Shown here: piece by piece, positions 15,846 through 26,891 of the stretch
Position numbering within the stretch: position 1 is the stretch's first letter
How the letters are laid out: each line of letters starts with the position of its first letter
From: Octopus vulgaris
Lineage: Eukaryota
Length of the DNA: 64,000 bases
Assembly (NCBI GenBank): GCA_951406725.2
Contig: OX597817.1
Coordinates: forward strand, 7,874,001 to 7,938,000
Reading direction: 5' to 3'
Program-made: the position numbers and the translations under genes
Notes under the pieces: generated by a model
Database searches by the model: none
The model's input: only the letters and a program-made list of their open reading frames with translations
What the model was told of the DNA's origin: nothing

Positions 15846-15998
15846 ATATATATATAATACGTGATATATATATATATATCATAAATCTGCAGTGGTTCCA
15901 TAACTTCCGTCTTGACTATGAGCTTGGAGCCCTGGTAATCCATTACAGCATTTGCCCAGCGTACCTACTTGTTTAGATTACCTGTGAACAAAACTCAC

Positions 15999-16070
<72 letters not shown>

Positions 16071-16603
16071 TGAGGTAGCAAGTTTAGTAGCAGGGTTTCA
16101 TCAAAACGGAAAAACAATAATTGGCATCATATATGACTGAGAGTGTCAGAACACATACACTGCTCGAAATAAGAGCTGAAGGGCTTTTACATATATATAT
16201 AAAAAGAGAGAGAGAGAGAGAGAGAGCAAAGTGTCAACCAGTAGAATCGAACCCGGACCATATGGCTGAGAAGAGAGTTTTTAACCACACGGCTACACCT
16301 GCGTCTAAATCTAGATTTGGTTTAGAAAGTAATTCAGAAAGTATTAAGAAATGAGGTTCTATGATGTGTAGTTTATGTTTTTTATCAAGAAATTATATAT
16401 CTCTTATATTAAATATTTCTTGTGTCGAAATAAGACCGCAAAGTTTGCAAGAAAGAATATAACCACTGAAATCGATTTTATTATATGCGTACAGTTTATT
16501 TTATCTACACCACTGGGAATTTTAATTCAAAAAGTATAAAGACGAAGCTTAAGTAAGTAAAACATTTATCGGCATACCACCGTTTCAACAATTTCATTGC
16601 CCT

Positions 16604-16639
<36 letters not shown>

Positions 16640-17252
16640 GGATACCATTTCAACAATGTACGTTAAACAGTTGCTTCAGAAAGTTTGCTACCACTTAATA
16701 TATTGTTATCTACAAATTGTAAAGCACAAGAGTATTTATCGAGTTTTCTTTTGTAGCCACAAACTTTTATCAGATAATTTTGTTTGGAAAAATGCACCGT
16801 ACGCGACGCAGAATATGTATTTGACCTCTAAGAAAAATAGAAACTTCTGGTCAAAGGTAAAATTCATTAAGACCAGGGATAGCAAGAAATAATAGAAGAC
16901 CAGAGAAAACTTTTTCTTACACTCTTTAGTTTCGTCTCTATGTTGTGCTGAATTCAAATATCAAATTGATTTGCTTTTAATCCAATCGAAAAATTGATTA
17001 AAAAATAGATATCAGCTATTTTTCTTGCGGACTTAAAATTAATCATAACAAAATGAAAATTAGAAACACATCATTATTCCACAATGGTACGAATGTGTAC
17101 CGTTGAAGTCGAATATTGCATTGCATCATTACATTAGTTGTGTGTGCGTGTGTGTGTGTACGTGCGTGTGCGTGCGTGTGTGTACATATGTCTGCATATA
17201 TAAATAATAAGGGTGGTTTGTTCGCAATTTTACAACTGAAAGGCAAATATGT

Positions 17253-17311
<59 letters not shown>

Positions 17312-17459
17312 CATATATATATATACATACATATATATACATATATACGTATATACATACATATATACATACATATATATATATACATACATATATACAT
17401 ACATATATATATATATACATATATACATACATATATATGTACATACATACATACATACA

Positions 17460-17492
<33 letters not shown>

Positions 17493-18029
17493 GTGTGGGG
17501 GTGTATTTGTATTTATCACGTTCTAAAGAATAACAAATATTAATTCACTATCGAATTTTCCTTTATCCGCAGGTAAAAAAACAAAGGTGCCTTTCTGTAT
17601 GCCACTGCATGAAGTTTTTTGATATTAGATTTGTGAATCTTCCTAACAAATTAAGATGATGTATGTCTATGCACACACACGCACACATATATAAACAAAT
17701 ATATGCTAATACGTATATACAGTATATCATATTTTATTTTATTATATTATATTATATTATATTATATTATATTATATTTTATTATATTATATTATATTAT
17801 ATTATATTATATTATATTTTATTATATTATATTTTATTATATTATATCATATATTATATAACATATTGCTGAAAACTTCTGAGCCCGTTTCTCCGAATTT
17901 CTTGTTTCGATATTTGGACGATAGTGAAGTTTTCAGCTTTCTGTAAATATATTTTATAACTACGCTCTCTCTATTGAACACTCTCTCTTCTTGCTCACAC
18001 TGTGTATGCATGCTTGTAATGTTTATACA

Positions 18030-18060
<31 letters not shown>

Positions 18061-18199
18061 ACTGGGGAGAGTTATATACGTAGTTTTGATATCTACAATT
18101 GTGCGATAGGACATATGTGTTCAGTGATGGTTGCAACGCGTTATAAAGTTTCTATTTTAATGTGCTTCCGTTCTAAAATGTTAATACGCTTATTTCTAG

Positions 18200-18401
18200 A
18201 AGAACCAGATTTGTCCCCACGGGTCACCCAGCTGACAGAAACACATAAAGCTGCTATAAGAGCTATTCGAAAAATCAAGTATTTTGTAGCCAGACGTAAA
18301 TTTCGCGAAGCACTACGACCTTATGATGTGAAAGATGTCATTGAGCAGTATTCTGCTGGTCATGTAGATATGTTGAGCAGGATTAAAAATCTACAGTTAA
18401 G
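18200..18401 (+). CDS. KCNQ: KCNQ/Kv7 channel exon: helix B (calmodulin-binding) and helix C ([68 protein letters not shown])
   Basis: Contains the KCNQ signature [23 protein letters not shown]. Acceptor tttctag|, donor AG|gtgagt. Resembles Drosophila KCNQ and vertebrate KCNQ2-5 more than KCNQ1. Confidence 0.96.
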
Positions 18402-18767
18402 GTGAGTAGCTGAAGTCTTCTTGATGATGTTACTATTGCTTAGCTGTCAGTCCACCCTAATTGAGTAGTTGCACATGCATTCCTGATTTGATTCTTTTTT
18501 TCTCTTTTTAACCAGGCCTAGCGAATTTGAAGGTGGCGATTTGCAGCCATTGAGGTTGGGATAAATGGCTTACGATATTTGTTCAGGCTCTCTTCAACAT
18601 TGCCTTTCATCTTTTCAGGGTCGAGAAATAAAATACAAATACCAGTCATGTACAAGGTTTTCTCTCTCTCTCTCTCTCTCTATTTTTCTCTATCTCACTC
18701 TCTCTCTCTCTCAATCTATCTATCTATCTATTTCTTTCCCTCTCTCGTTCTCACACACACACACACA

Positions 18768-18818
<51 letters not shown>

Positions 18819-18999
18819 TCTTTGAACATAGACTACCTTGTGCAGAGAGAAAGGATGTGAAGGACCATTCACAGGGGTCTGTTACTCCAGAATTAGAGAA
18901 ATGTTGAGAAAAAAACCCAATAACCTGGTTTTATAGACAAACAGATAAGCTACTGGAACTGCGCAGTATAACAAGGAATTGAAATAACTTGAGTAGTAT

Positions 19000-19231
19000 T
19001 TTTTTTTTTTTTTTTTGTACTTGTTTCAGTCATTTGACTGCGGCCATGCTGGAGCACCGCCTTTTAGAGTGGTGAAAGAGTACAGCAGGGATCACCACCT
19101 CCTGCCGGAGCCTCGTGGAGCTTTTAGGTGTTTTTCGCTCAATAAACACACACAACGCCCGGTCTGGGAATCGAAACCGCGATCCTCCGACCGCAAGTCC
19201 GCTGCCCTAACCACTAGGCCATTGCGCCTCC
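19000..19231 (-). mobile_element. Chimeric SINE: family C head (19066-19231) joined to a family A tail and poly(A) (19000-19065)
   Basis: By direct comparison, the head matches 22299-22462 and the tail matches 9453-9498. Confidence 0.82.
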
Positions 19232-19551
19232 AGGACTACATAATTCAATGTGCTCTTCCGTTTTAAAGATGGTAGAGTGTGATTTGGGTGTTATTTCTAG
19301 CACGCTGAGTGATCATATAGAGACTTACTTATTGACATGTTATGATATTAAATGTATGGAGGTAGTGGGGAAAATAAACGAAGCCTTCAACTTCTGGATT
19401 CAAATTCCGCCGAGGCTGACTTTGCCTTTCATTCTTTCTGGGTCTATAAGTTAAGTACCAGAGAAACACTGGTGTCGATGTACTCGACTAGACCCCTCTC
19501 CCAAAGTTTCAGGCGTTGTACCTTTAGTAGAAAGGATTATTATTATTATTA

Positions 19552-19642
<91 letters not shown>

Positions 19643-20128
19643 CATTGAAGATGTCGCACAGTATCCAGTATCGTGATGTTGTGGATTGAAGATATTGTAT
19701 CTCCGGGGAGTTGTATTGTCTGTCAAGTCACAAGGACCTCAAACGTCCTCCTTCCTTCAAAATTTCAGGCCTTGTGCCTATAGTTGAAAAGATTATTATA
19801 TTTATGAATAGTTGGATCAGTAGGATCGTTTCGACGTTGGTTAAAAAAAAGAAAGAAGAGCTCTACGTTCTCATCTTAAACCCTACGGAAATCAACTTTG
19901 CTAATCTTCCTTTTGGAGTTGGTAAAACAAGTGCTAGGGTCGATAGGATCGAATAATCCTCTCCTGCCAAAATTACTGTCTTTTTATCTATGGTAGAAAC
20001 AATTATTATTACATTTATAGATAGAATTCCGCTGAGGTCGACTTTACCTTTCATCCATTCAGAGCGGATTAAATAAACACCAGTTGAAAAGTGGGTTCCA
20101 TATAATCCACTTACACTGCCCTGAAATT

Positions 20129-20557
20129 GCTGGCCTTGAGATAAAATTTGAGACCTTTATATTTATAGACGGAAACGCTTTTGTTTTACTTCAAAATCTC
20201 TTCGAGGCCACCCAATCTGCTAGAAATAGTAGCCAAGTTGTCATTGGTATTGTTCTTACTATTATCGTCGTCTTTACCGACGTTGTTTTCGCCGCAATTG
20301 CTATCGTCGTAGTTACTTCCATCGATGTTATTGTTGTCATCGTTACTGTTCTTTAACCGTTCTTCCTTCCTGTAGTTTTGCATATTCTATGATTTAAGTA
20401 AATCGATCCTACATTCGTTTCGATGATGAATACCCATTTTTCGGTCATTCGGGGGTATTCCTGGAGATATACTTAGTCATTAAATTATGAAGTCCAAATG
20501 GTAGGGTGTAAGCAGAATCAACGGGAAAATATCTGTGACAAAGCCGGCAATTTTACA

Positions 20558-20599
<42 letters not shown>

Positions 20600-20793
20600 A
20601 TACATATATATATATATATGAAAACAACGTCGGTAAAGACGGCGATAACAGTAAGAACAATACCAATGACAACTTGGCTACTATTTCTAGCAGATTGGGT
20701 GGCCTCGAAGAGATTTTGAAGCAAAACAAAAGCAAAAAGAAAATCGTTTCCGTCTATAAGTATAAAAGTCTCAAATTTTATCTCAAGGCCAGC
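20129..20793. repeat. Long inverted duplication (arms 20129-20290 and 20620-20793)
   Basis: The arms are reverse complements apart from a few substitutions and one indel. The ORF track shows the same peptide on opposite strands. Confidence 0.92.
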
Positions 20794-21242
20794 CGACAAT
20801 TTTACAGGTAAAATCCAACCGACTGTTGTCCACCCAGTTTCACTCACAAAGCTTAGATCGACTCGAGACTATGGCAGAAAACACCTGTTCAAGGTTCTGC
20901 ATAATTGGAACCGAAATTGAAACCGAGTGGTTGTAAAGAGTACTTCTTAGTCATTCGACCATGTCTGCGTCGTATTTGTAATTCATTTGTGTTCGTCAAG
21001 TAAAGAAAAATTTCTAATGTGAACTGCATGCCCCCACCTCTCTTTCCACTCGGCATAGACATAGCAATGTAACTACACGCCTGCTGTTGGTGATATTTCT
21101 CCTTCTCTGGTCTTTTCCATTTTCTTCTCCGACGAAGGGCTATGCTCGAAACGTCAAAAACTCTCTCTTTTTACCGAGCGTCAAACAAATACATTCCACG
21201 TGCCCGTCCTCTCTTGTTGTTTTATTATTGTTCGATTATTAA

Positions 21243-21640
21243 GGGGACCGAGCTGGCAGAAGCGTTAGCACGCCGCGCGAAATACTTAGTGGTATTTCGT
21301 CTGCCGCTGCGTTATGAGTTCAAATTCCGCCGAGGTCGACTTTGCCTTTCATCCTTTCAGGGTCGATAAAATAAGTACCAATTACGCACTGGGGTCGATG
21401 TAATCGATTTAATCCGTTTGTCTGTCCTTGTTTGCCCTCTCTGTGTTTAGCTCCTTGTGGGTAGTAAAGAAATAGGTATTCCGTCGGCCGCTGCGTTCTG
21501 AGTTCAAATTCCGCCGGGGTTGATTTTGCCTTTCATCTTTTCAAGGTCGATGAAATAAGTAACAGTTACGCACCGGGGTCGATGGAATCGCCTAGCCCCC
21601 TTTCCCAAATAAATTTTCAAGGCCTCGTGCCTAGAGTATA
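21243..21640 (+). mobile_element. Family B SINE with an internally repeated body (units start at 21291 and 21475)
   Basis: tRNA-like head followed by two B-box/Nin-like cores 184 bp apart. Confidence 0.85.
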
Positions 21641-21678
21641 AATAATGATTATTCGATTTGACTATATATATATATATA

Positions 21679-21818
<140 letters not shown>

Positions 21819-22042
21819 GTATGTTTGTATATATGTATATACATATTGCTTTACTTGGTTTTTGGTAAGTTCTGTTCTTATTTCCGCAGGAAGTCGAAAT
21901 GATATTTGAAAAGTTGATGTTTTGAATTCAATCAGCAACATTGCATTCGCTATCGCTGTATACTCATGATCATTTTTATGTAATTAATACTGAACTATAT
22001 TTCTTCTGTTTACTGATTGACTTTATTTTTGTTATATTTTAG

Positions 22043-22139
22043 ACTAGATCAAATCCTAGGAAAATCGGGTAGTAAGAATAAAGATGTTTATGAATCAAAA
22101 GTAAGTTTAGCATCACGTGTTGTGAAGGTAGAAAGGCAG
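22043..22139 (+). CDS. KCNQ: KCNQ exon: end of helix C, linker and start of helix D (LDQILGKSGSKNKDVYESKVSLASRVVKVERQ)
   Basis: Acceptor attttag|A completes AG+A=Arg from the previous exon. Donor CAG|gtgagt. Matches the invertebrate KCNQ motif LDQILGK..SK.KDVY.SK.SLASRVVKVERQ. Confidence 0.95.
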
Positions 22140-22298
22140 GTGAGTATTTTTCTATACCTCTTTATAATTCATGAATATGTGTGTAAGTGTGCGTATATGC
22201 GTGTGTATACGTGTATGAGAGCTCGTGAGTGTTTTAAAAACTTTCCATATATATATATGTATGTATGTATGTGTGTGTGTGTATATATATATATATAT

Positions 22299-22563
22299 GG
22301 AGGCGCAATGGCCCAGTTGTTAGGGCAGCGGACTCGCAGTCGTAGGATCGCGGTTTCGATTCCCAGACCGGGCGTTGTGAGTGTTTATTTAGCGAAAACA
22401 CCTAAAAGCTCCACGAGGCTCCGGCAGGGGGGGTGATCCCTGCTGTACTCTTTCACCACTCTTTCTCCCACTCTTTCTTCTGTTGGCCTGCTCGAAGGCT
22501 AAAACAATGACCAGCGATGTGTAACTACATCTGATGGACTGGTCGGTCACGTGATCACGTGAT
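22299..22563 (+). mobile_element. tRNA-derived SINE, family C
   Basis: Homologous to 15568-15845. Starts 160 bp downstream of the KCNQ exon donor. Confidence 0.88.
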
Positions 22564-22733
22564 ATATATATATATACTAGAGTTTATATATTTATTAAAC
22601 TCTGAAGCATCACGGTCACCATTCAGATTTCCGTAGTTTCACTGTTAGCTGCAATGAAGAATGAAACTGAAGAAACAGACAGGCAGACGGATCAGGCAAG
22701 CAGACAGGCAGGCAGGCAGGCAAGCAGACTGAC

Positions 22734-22808
<75 letters not shown>

Positions 22809-23149
22809 AAGAAAAATACATACATAGTGTGTGCGTGCGTATTGATTTAGTTAAGATTAACACCCAGGAGTGTGATTTCGTTCTGTTGGTTAATCATGCT
22901 TATTTTTTAGTTGATCACCTCAGAGGTTTGAAAGTATCAGATAACTTTGAAAAGTATAGATCATCGATTCCCATCTGTTACGCATCAGAGAGGTCTTCTT
23001 TGAAATTCTTACAGAATTTGGATATAACTTATCTTTTACTTTGTTTCAGTCATTTGACAAATCAAAATTAGTTAACTCTTTTTAAGGTGGCCGGTGATGT
23101 GGAACTTCTCTGTGAAGCTAAAGACACGTGACTTTCATTTATCCGGTAC

Positions 23150-24100
23150 TTCCTATGACGTGCCGGGGTCTCTTTTTAGTTTTTTTAATTTCTAAATGTA
23201 CCGTAAAAGGGTTGTATTGTTTTTCATGTAGTGATGACGAATCAAATAGCTGTAATGGTGCAGGCTTTATGTAGCTTCTTAGCATTTTTGCATTGTAGCT
23301 CTTGATAGCATTAGATATGTTTCTGAGCAGCTACAATTTACTTTAATGTTGTTTTTATTGAGTAGATGATGTAATTATGGCCTTTTGAGACTTGCTTCTG
23401 GATATGAGAGAGGAAACGTTTTGCAATATTACTTTCTACCCCAATGTTGTATGTTGAGTTCTAACATTTCTTTCTCTAGTGTCTGTTAGTACTTCATTCG
23501 CTTTTCTATTGACTACATTTTAAAGCTCCATCTTGGTCGTCTGCAAACTAGATGAAAATGGCTTTATCAAAGAATAATGCATTTACACACTTACTGAGGG
23601 CTATTGAGGCATGCTTGATTACGTTTGGATAATCATTAGATTGTGCGTATATGTGCACTAGAGATTCGTCCTAAAAATTGCCTAAAATAGTGCTATCTCC
23701 ACAAAAGACAAATGCCAAGAAATGCAACACATCACCAAGCTACACAGACACGACTCCGAATACTCTTACAAGAATCACCAGCTCGATTCGTCAACATCTG
23801 GAAAAGAATACAGTACTCACAAAGTGCAATTGGAAACAATGGGTGTCAATGAAGAAGCCGTTAGCTTTTTCGCCGTCGTGTTGGATAATTAGTAGCAATT
23901 TAAGAATCTGTCAAATTCATGTAATTTCTGTCTCACGGAGAAGCTCCATATCATCTGTCATTCTACTCCAATGTTAAATAAAAGAATGAGCTACTTTCGA
24001 CTTGTTGACTTATTCCCATTTTGTTGCAAATGGTGGATAAATACAGTGGTTAAAAATTCAAATTCTATTGATGACGCCTACACTAATCACATTGGCCTGG
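23150..24100 (-). mobile_element. Possible highly degraded RTE-like LINE fragment
   Basis: Only faint, frameshifted minus-strand resemblance to an RTE C-terminal region. Confidence 0.25.
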
Positions 24101-24466
24101 TCTAATATAAAGAGGCACCAGCTTTACTTCATTCAGATGATATAGAAATGTTGGTACTTCTAGCAAGTCAGAGACCGCGTAAAGTTTCTTCGTTGGTTCG
24201 TTGCCGAATAGAAGTGAAAGGGCGTGTATGACCCGAATGCACTATCTTAGCGTTTGTCCTATAAGCCGGATAACACAGCTGAGAAAGGGCACTTGCTATT
24301 CACAGTAAAATTATCCGGAAGCTGTGGGATTTCCCGATTGTCCCTAAAGTGTACTTATTCTGTTGAGCCGTGCGCTTTGGGGTTTTTTTGGTTTTTTATC
24401 TTTTTGTTTTTTTGACATCTTCTCAGTGTTTATATTGTTCATTTATTTCAAGCATCATTATTATTA

Positions 24467-24555
24467 TTTTTTTTTTTTCTTCTTTCAAATTTGCTTCCAT
24501 TTCTTGCCGAGTGTCTTCCCGACTCCTAGGGCACAGAAACTCATAGTATACATTG

Positions 24556-24558
<3 letters not shown>
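24467..24558 (-). mobile_element. Second ~90-bp 3'-end copy of the same R4/Dong-type element
   Basis: Nearly identical to 24594-24679 (gcacagaa vs gcaaagaa). Bounded by (TTA)n on both sides. Confidence 0.9.
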
Positions 24559-24592
<34 letters not shown>

Positions 24593-24593
<1 letters not shown>

Positions 24594-26521
24594 TTTTTTT
24601 CTTCTTTCAAATTTGCTTCCATTTCTTGCCGAGTGTCTTCCCGACTCCTAGGGCAAAGAAACTCATAGTATACATTGGTAGGCCATTAAACCAAACTCAG
24701 TAGTTCGTTCATTTTTTTTTTTTAAGTTAAATTAAAATACATGAGCAGCAACAGTTCTCACATCGACAATGCTCTTCTCAATACGTGTGATGTACCAGTT
24801 AAGACAATCTTTTGCACTTCTTGCAGGGATGGTAAGCCAGGGATCATTCTCATATAATTTTCGATTCCCTTCTTGATCATTCCTAGTGCTCCTACGATCA
24901 CTGGTATTGTAACCGCCTTGAGATGCCATATTTTCTCAATTTCAATGAGTAGGTCTTTATACTTTCTGAGCTTGTCAAACTCTTTCGCTGAGATATTATG
25001 ATCACAGGGGATGCTCATGTCGATCAATAAGCAAACTTTATTGTTTTGGTCTTTCACAACAATATCTGGTTTATTGGCATTGATGGTTCGGTCTGTATGT
25101 ACTGGAAAGTCCCACAGAATGGTTACATTTTCACCTTCAGTTACAGCCTCAGGGTGGTGATTATACCACTTGTCGGCAGTTTTGATATTGTAATGCCGAC
25201 TTATTAGCCAGTGGAGATATTGGCCAACTCTGTCATGTCTTAATTTATACTCCACTGGTGCTAAGACTTTACATCCAGAGATTAGGTGGTCCACTGTTTC
25301 AATCATGTCGTTGCAGAATCGGCATTTTGGGTCTGCTCCATTTTTCATCACATTGGCCTGGTAGTTCCGGGTTAATAGGCTTTGATCTTGAGCAGCCAGG
25401 ATGAAACCTTCGCTCTCTGCTTTTAGCCCTGAGCTCCGTAGCCACTGATGGGTTTGCTTCTGGTCAACATCAGCTTGTTTGCTGCGGGTCACATATTTGC
25501 CGTGCAGAGGTTTCTCCTCCCACCTATCAGCCAATTGCTCGTGCGCTTTTTTCATTGCCATCATTTTCACCTTCTTTGCAACAATAGTTGCCGTACTTCC
25601 CTCGGGTTGTTCAGTTTGGGTATCCTGCACGAGATCAATAGCAAATTTTTTGCTTTCCTTGATGATAGAATGAAGCTTCTTTCGTCTCTCGTGATTTTCC
25701 ACGAGCTTTAGCATCCAGTCATTCGATATTTCGAGATATTTGGCCAGTCCAATTGTGGTTGTTTTGTAAGCAAGTTCAAATTGGATCAGGCCTCGACCTC
25801 CTTGGGCTCTGGGAAGGTAAAGGCGATCTACGTCTGCCTTTGGGTGGTGCATCCTATTACAACTCAGCAGCTTGCGTATTTTTCTATCTATATTCTTTAC
25901 TTCACTCATATTCCAGTTCAACACATTGTAGCTATAAGTAACAACTGGAACTGCTAAGGAATTTATAGCTAACACCTTGTTACGTGCATTTAGTTCAGAT
26001 TTCAGGACTGCACGAACTCTCCTATAACATTCCTTCCTGATCTTCTCTTTCATGCTTGCATGCTGAATACCAGAGCCTTCATTTATCCCTAAATATTTGT
26101 ATGTTTGTTCTTGCTCAAGCTCTCTTATGACTGTGTCAACATCTAACACGACTGAATTTGTGGTCTTCACTTTCCCTTTCTGGAAAGTGGCCTTGGCACA
26201 CTTCTCAAGTCCAAACTCCATCCGATGTCATCGCTGAATGCTTTCACGGTGCGCAATAGGCCTTCAAGTTCATTATTGTCTTTACCATAAAGTTTTAAGT
26301 CATCCATATAAAATAGATGGCTTATTTTTTTATTGGCAATTTTATACCCATACCCTGTTCTGTTTAATTCACTTGTAAGGGGTATTAGGGCTATGCAGAA
26401 TATTAAAGGTGAAAGTGAGTCACCTTGAAAAATTCCACAGTTGATGTTTATATTTTCTGAGGCAAGTACTCCATTAGAGTGGTATAATTGGAGATTCGTA
26501 TTCCACAACGACATATTGTGC

Positions 26522-26522
<1 letters not shown>
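24593..26522 (-). mobile_element. 5'-truncated R4/Dong-type non-LTR retrotransposon (RT + CCHC + restriction-like endonuclease) inserted in (TAA)n
   Basis: Motifs GIFQGDSLSP, HLFYMDDLKLY, YKYLG, CRFC-x8-H-x4-C, RHD, NKPDIVV...LID...K..KY and IPVIVGALG. Both ends abut (TAA)n. Confidence 0.95.
24758..26521 (-). pseudogene. RT-RLE ORF of the R4/Dong-type element, with a single 1-nt frameshift near 26221
   Basis: KHNMSLWN...AFSDDIG (26521-26222) continues in another frame as MEFGLEKC...RRALSM* (26221-24758). There are no internal stops. Confidence 0.9.
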
Positions 26523-26577
<55 letters not shown>

Positions 26578-26608
26578 GTTATTGTTGTTGTTATTGTAGT
26601 TGTTGTTG

Positions 26609-26640
<32 letters not shown>

Positions 26641-26796
26641 GGTGGTGGTGGTGGTGGTGGTGGTGGTGGTGGTGGTGGTGGTGGTGGTGGTGGTGGTGGT
26701 GGTGGTGGTGGTGGTGGTGGTGGTGGTGGTGGTGGTGGTGGAGGTGGTGGTGGTGGAGGTGGTGGTGGTGGAGGTGGTGGTGTTTGTTGTTGTTAT
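26523..26796. repeat. Compound trinucleotide array (ATT)n-(GTT)n-(GGT)n
   Basis: Seen directly, about 95 bp upstream of the last KCNQ acceptor. Confidence 0.95.
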
Positions 26797-26891
26797 TCGA
26801 CCCTTGTGGTCAATAAAGGAAGCGTTGCTGTTGTTGTTATTTATATTGCCGCTATTACTATTAATTTTAATATTCCTCTTGTTTTTCTCAG

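Noticed and set aside
17974-18199. N-terminal part of the ORF containing the KCNQ exon
   Set aside because: Intronic and includes (GT)n. Homology starts only after the acceptor at 18199.
21120-21160. Hammerhead-like CCGACGA..GAAACGTC
   Set aside because: The core is altered and stem I cannot form. Probably a decayed Penelope end.
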